64,000 nt of DNA from Clostridia bacterium. Lineage in GTDB: Bacteria > Bacillota > Clostridia > Oscillospirales > CAG-272. The notes beneath the pieces are model-generated. The model was not told the DNA's origin. It did no database searches and worked only from the letters and a program-made list of their open reading frames with translations. Positions 63,618 through 64,000 of the stretch are shown piece after piece. Every line of letters begins with the position of its first letter. The first letter of the stretch is position 1. The DNA lies in the NCBI GenBank assembly GCA_017504785.1, contig JAFVQL010000010.1, forward strand, positions 25,165 to 89,164, given 5' to 3'. The translations under genes were made by a program, and so were the position numbers.

Positions 63618-64000
63618 ATGACCTATAAGCAGCTATACGCCGAGGTGGCGGCACTTGGCTTTGAGGGCGAGATCGAGAATCAGCCTGCCCTGCTCTTCTC
63701 TGCCAACAGAGCCTTGAAAAGCCTTGCCGCCCTCATGCCCGCCTACGGGACCGTCACGCTGATACAGCGCGCGTTTACCCCGCTTTCGCACATTCCCGAG
63801 CTGAATTATGTCCCCGGAAAGGAGATCACGGTGCCGCTTCGCGGCGCCGTATTCAGCTTCAAGTTCTCGGGCGCGGGAACGGTGACGCTAAAGGAGCGGC
63901 ACAGAGTCTCTCCGTTCTTCATGGACAGCCCCTATACGGAATTTCGCAAATACCTGCTCGACGGCGAGGGCGAGCTGGTCCTTTCGGGCAACATTGCCTT
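63618..64000 (+). CDS. Phage structural-module ORF, 3' end cut by window edge
   Basis: ATG 63618 lies 7 nt after the capsid stop and the frame stays open to the window end (MTYKQLYAEVAALGFEGEIENQPALLF...). Confidence 0.5.
   Translation, partial: MTYKQLYAEVAALGFEGEIENQPALLFSANRALKSLAALMPAYGTVTLIQRAFTPLSHIPELNYVPGKEITVPLRGAVFSFKFSGAGTVTLKERHRVSPFFMDSPYTEFRKYLLDGEGELVLSGNIA

Larger units (their letters stand above)
57667..64000 (+). mobile_element. Phage-derived packaging/head module (prophage, defective prophage or GTA-like element), right end beyond the window
   Basis: A co-oriented, tightly packed or overlapping run of terS, terL, portal, unknown, 45-aa ORF, scaffold, major capsid and a further structural ORF. 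No integrase, repressor or replication genes lie at the left edge. Confidence 0.85.

Overview
This 64-kb chromosomal segment reads like a spore-forming Clostridia (Firmicutes) genome of moderately high GC. It has compact, mostly housekeeping operons with AGGAG-type RBSs and sigma-A-like -35/-10 promoters. Content from left to right: a partial sugar ABC ATPase; tpiA-pgk; rsmG plus a truncated ParB-like HTH gene; an uncharacterised three-gene operon in which one gene carries 21 tandem 18-bp EEAR[LK]A repeats; an Eda-VOC fusion; a pseudo-response-regulator gene translationally coupled to an orphan addB; feoA-feoB and a Cys-rich gene with twin palindromic operators; metF, a MetH activation-domain gene and metH; groES-groEL with a perfect CIRCE; spoIIAA-spoIIAB-sigF; a CI/LexA-like (XRE + S24) repressor divergent from two small genes; envelope polysaccharide genes (wecB, capD-like) flanking a 1007-aa secreted protein; an M16 peptidase; an acyl-CoA ligase; an rRNA m5C methyltransferase; a parvulin PPIase; ylmH; a HAD phosphatase; pcrA; a ygiQ radical SAM gene; mrnC-hisS; yggS-sepF-yggT; lspA-rluD; a second RluA-family synthase; an amino-acid ABC transporter; and an ABC-F ATPase. 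From about 57.7 kb a phage-like packaging/head module (terS, terL, portal, scaffold, capsid) runs off the window. I saw no rRNA, tRNA, CRISPR array or transposase. Four signals stand out. (i) A modular seven-box DnaA-box cluster at 43.9-44.1 kb has no dnaA nearby and coincides with a flip in coding-strand bias. (ii) A ~200-nt intergenic element at 10.06 kb and 52.49 kb keeps its three hairpins through compensatory changes, so it is a candidate structured RNA. (iii) An SOS-type switch controls a RinA/ArpU-like gene 31 kb from a terminase-first, integrase-less head module, which may be a split domesticated phage or GTA-like system. (iv) The amino-acid-binding lipoprotein is circularly permuted. 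All functional calls come from by-eye motif recognition; no database search or computation beyond manual counting was run.
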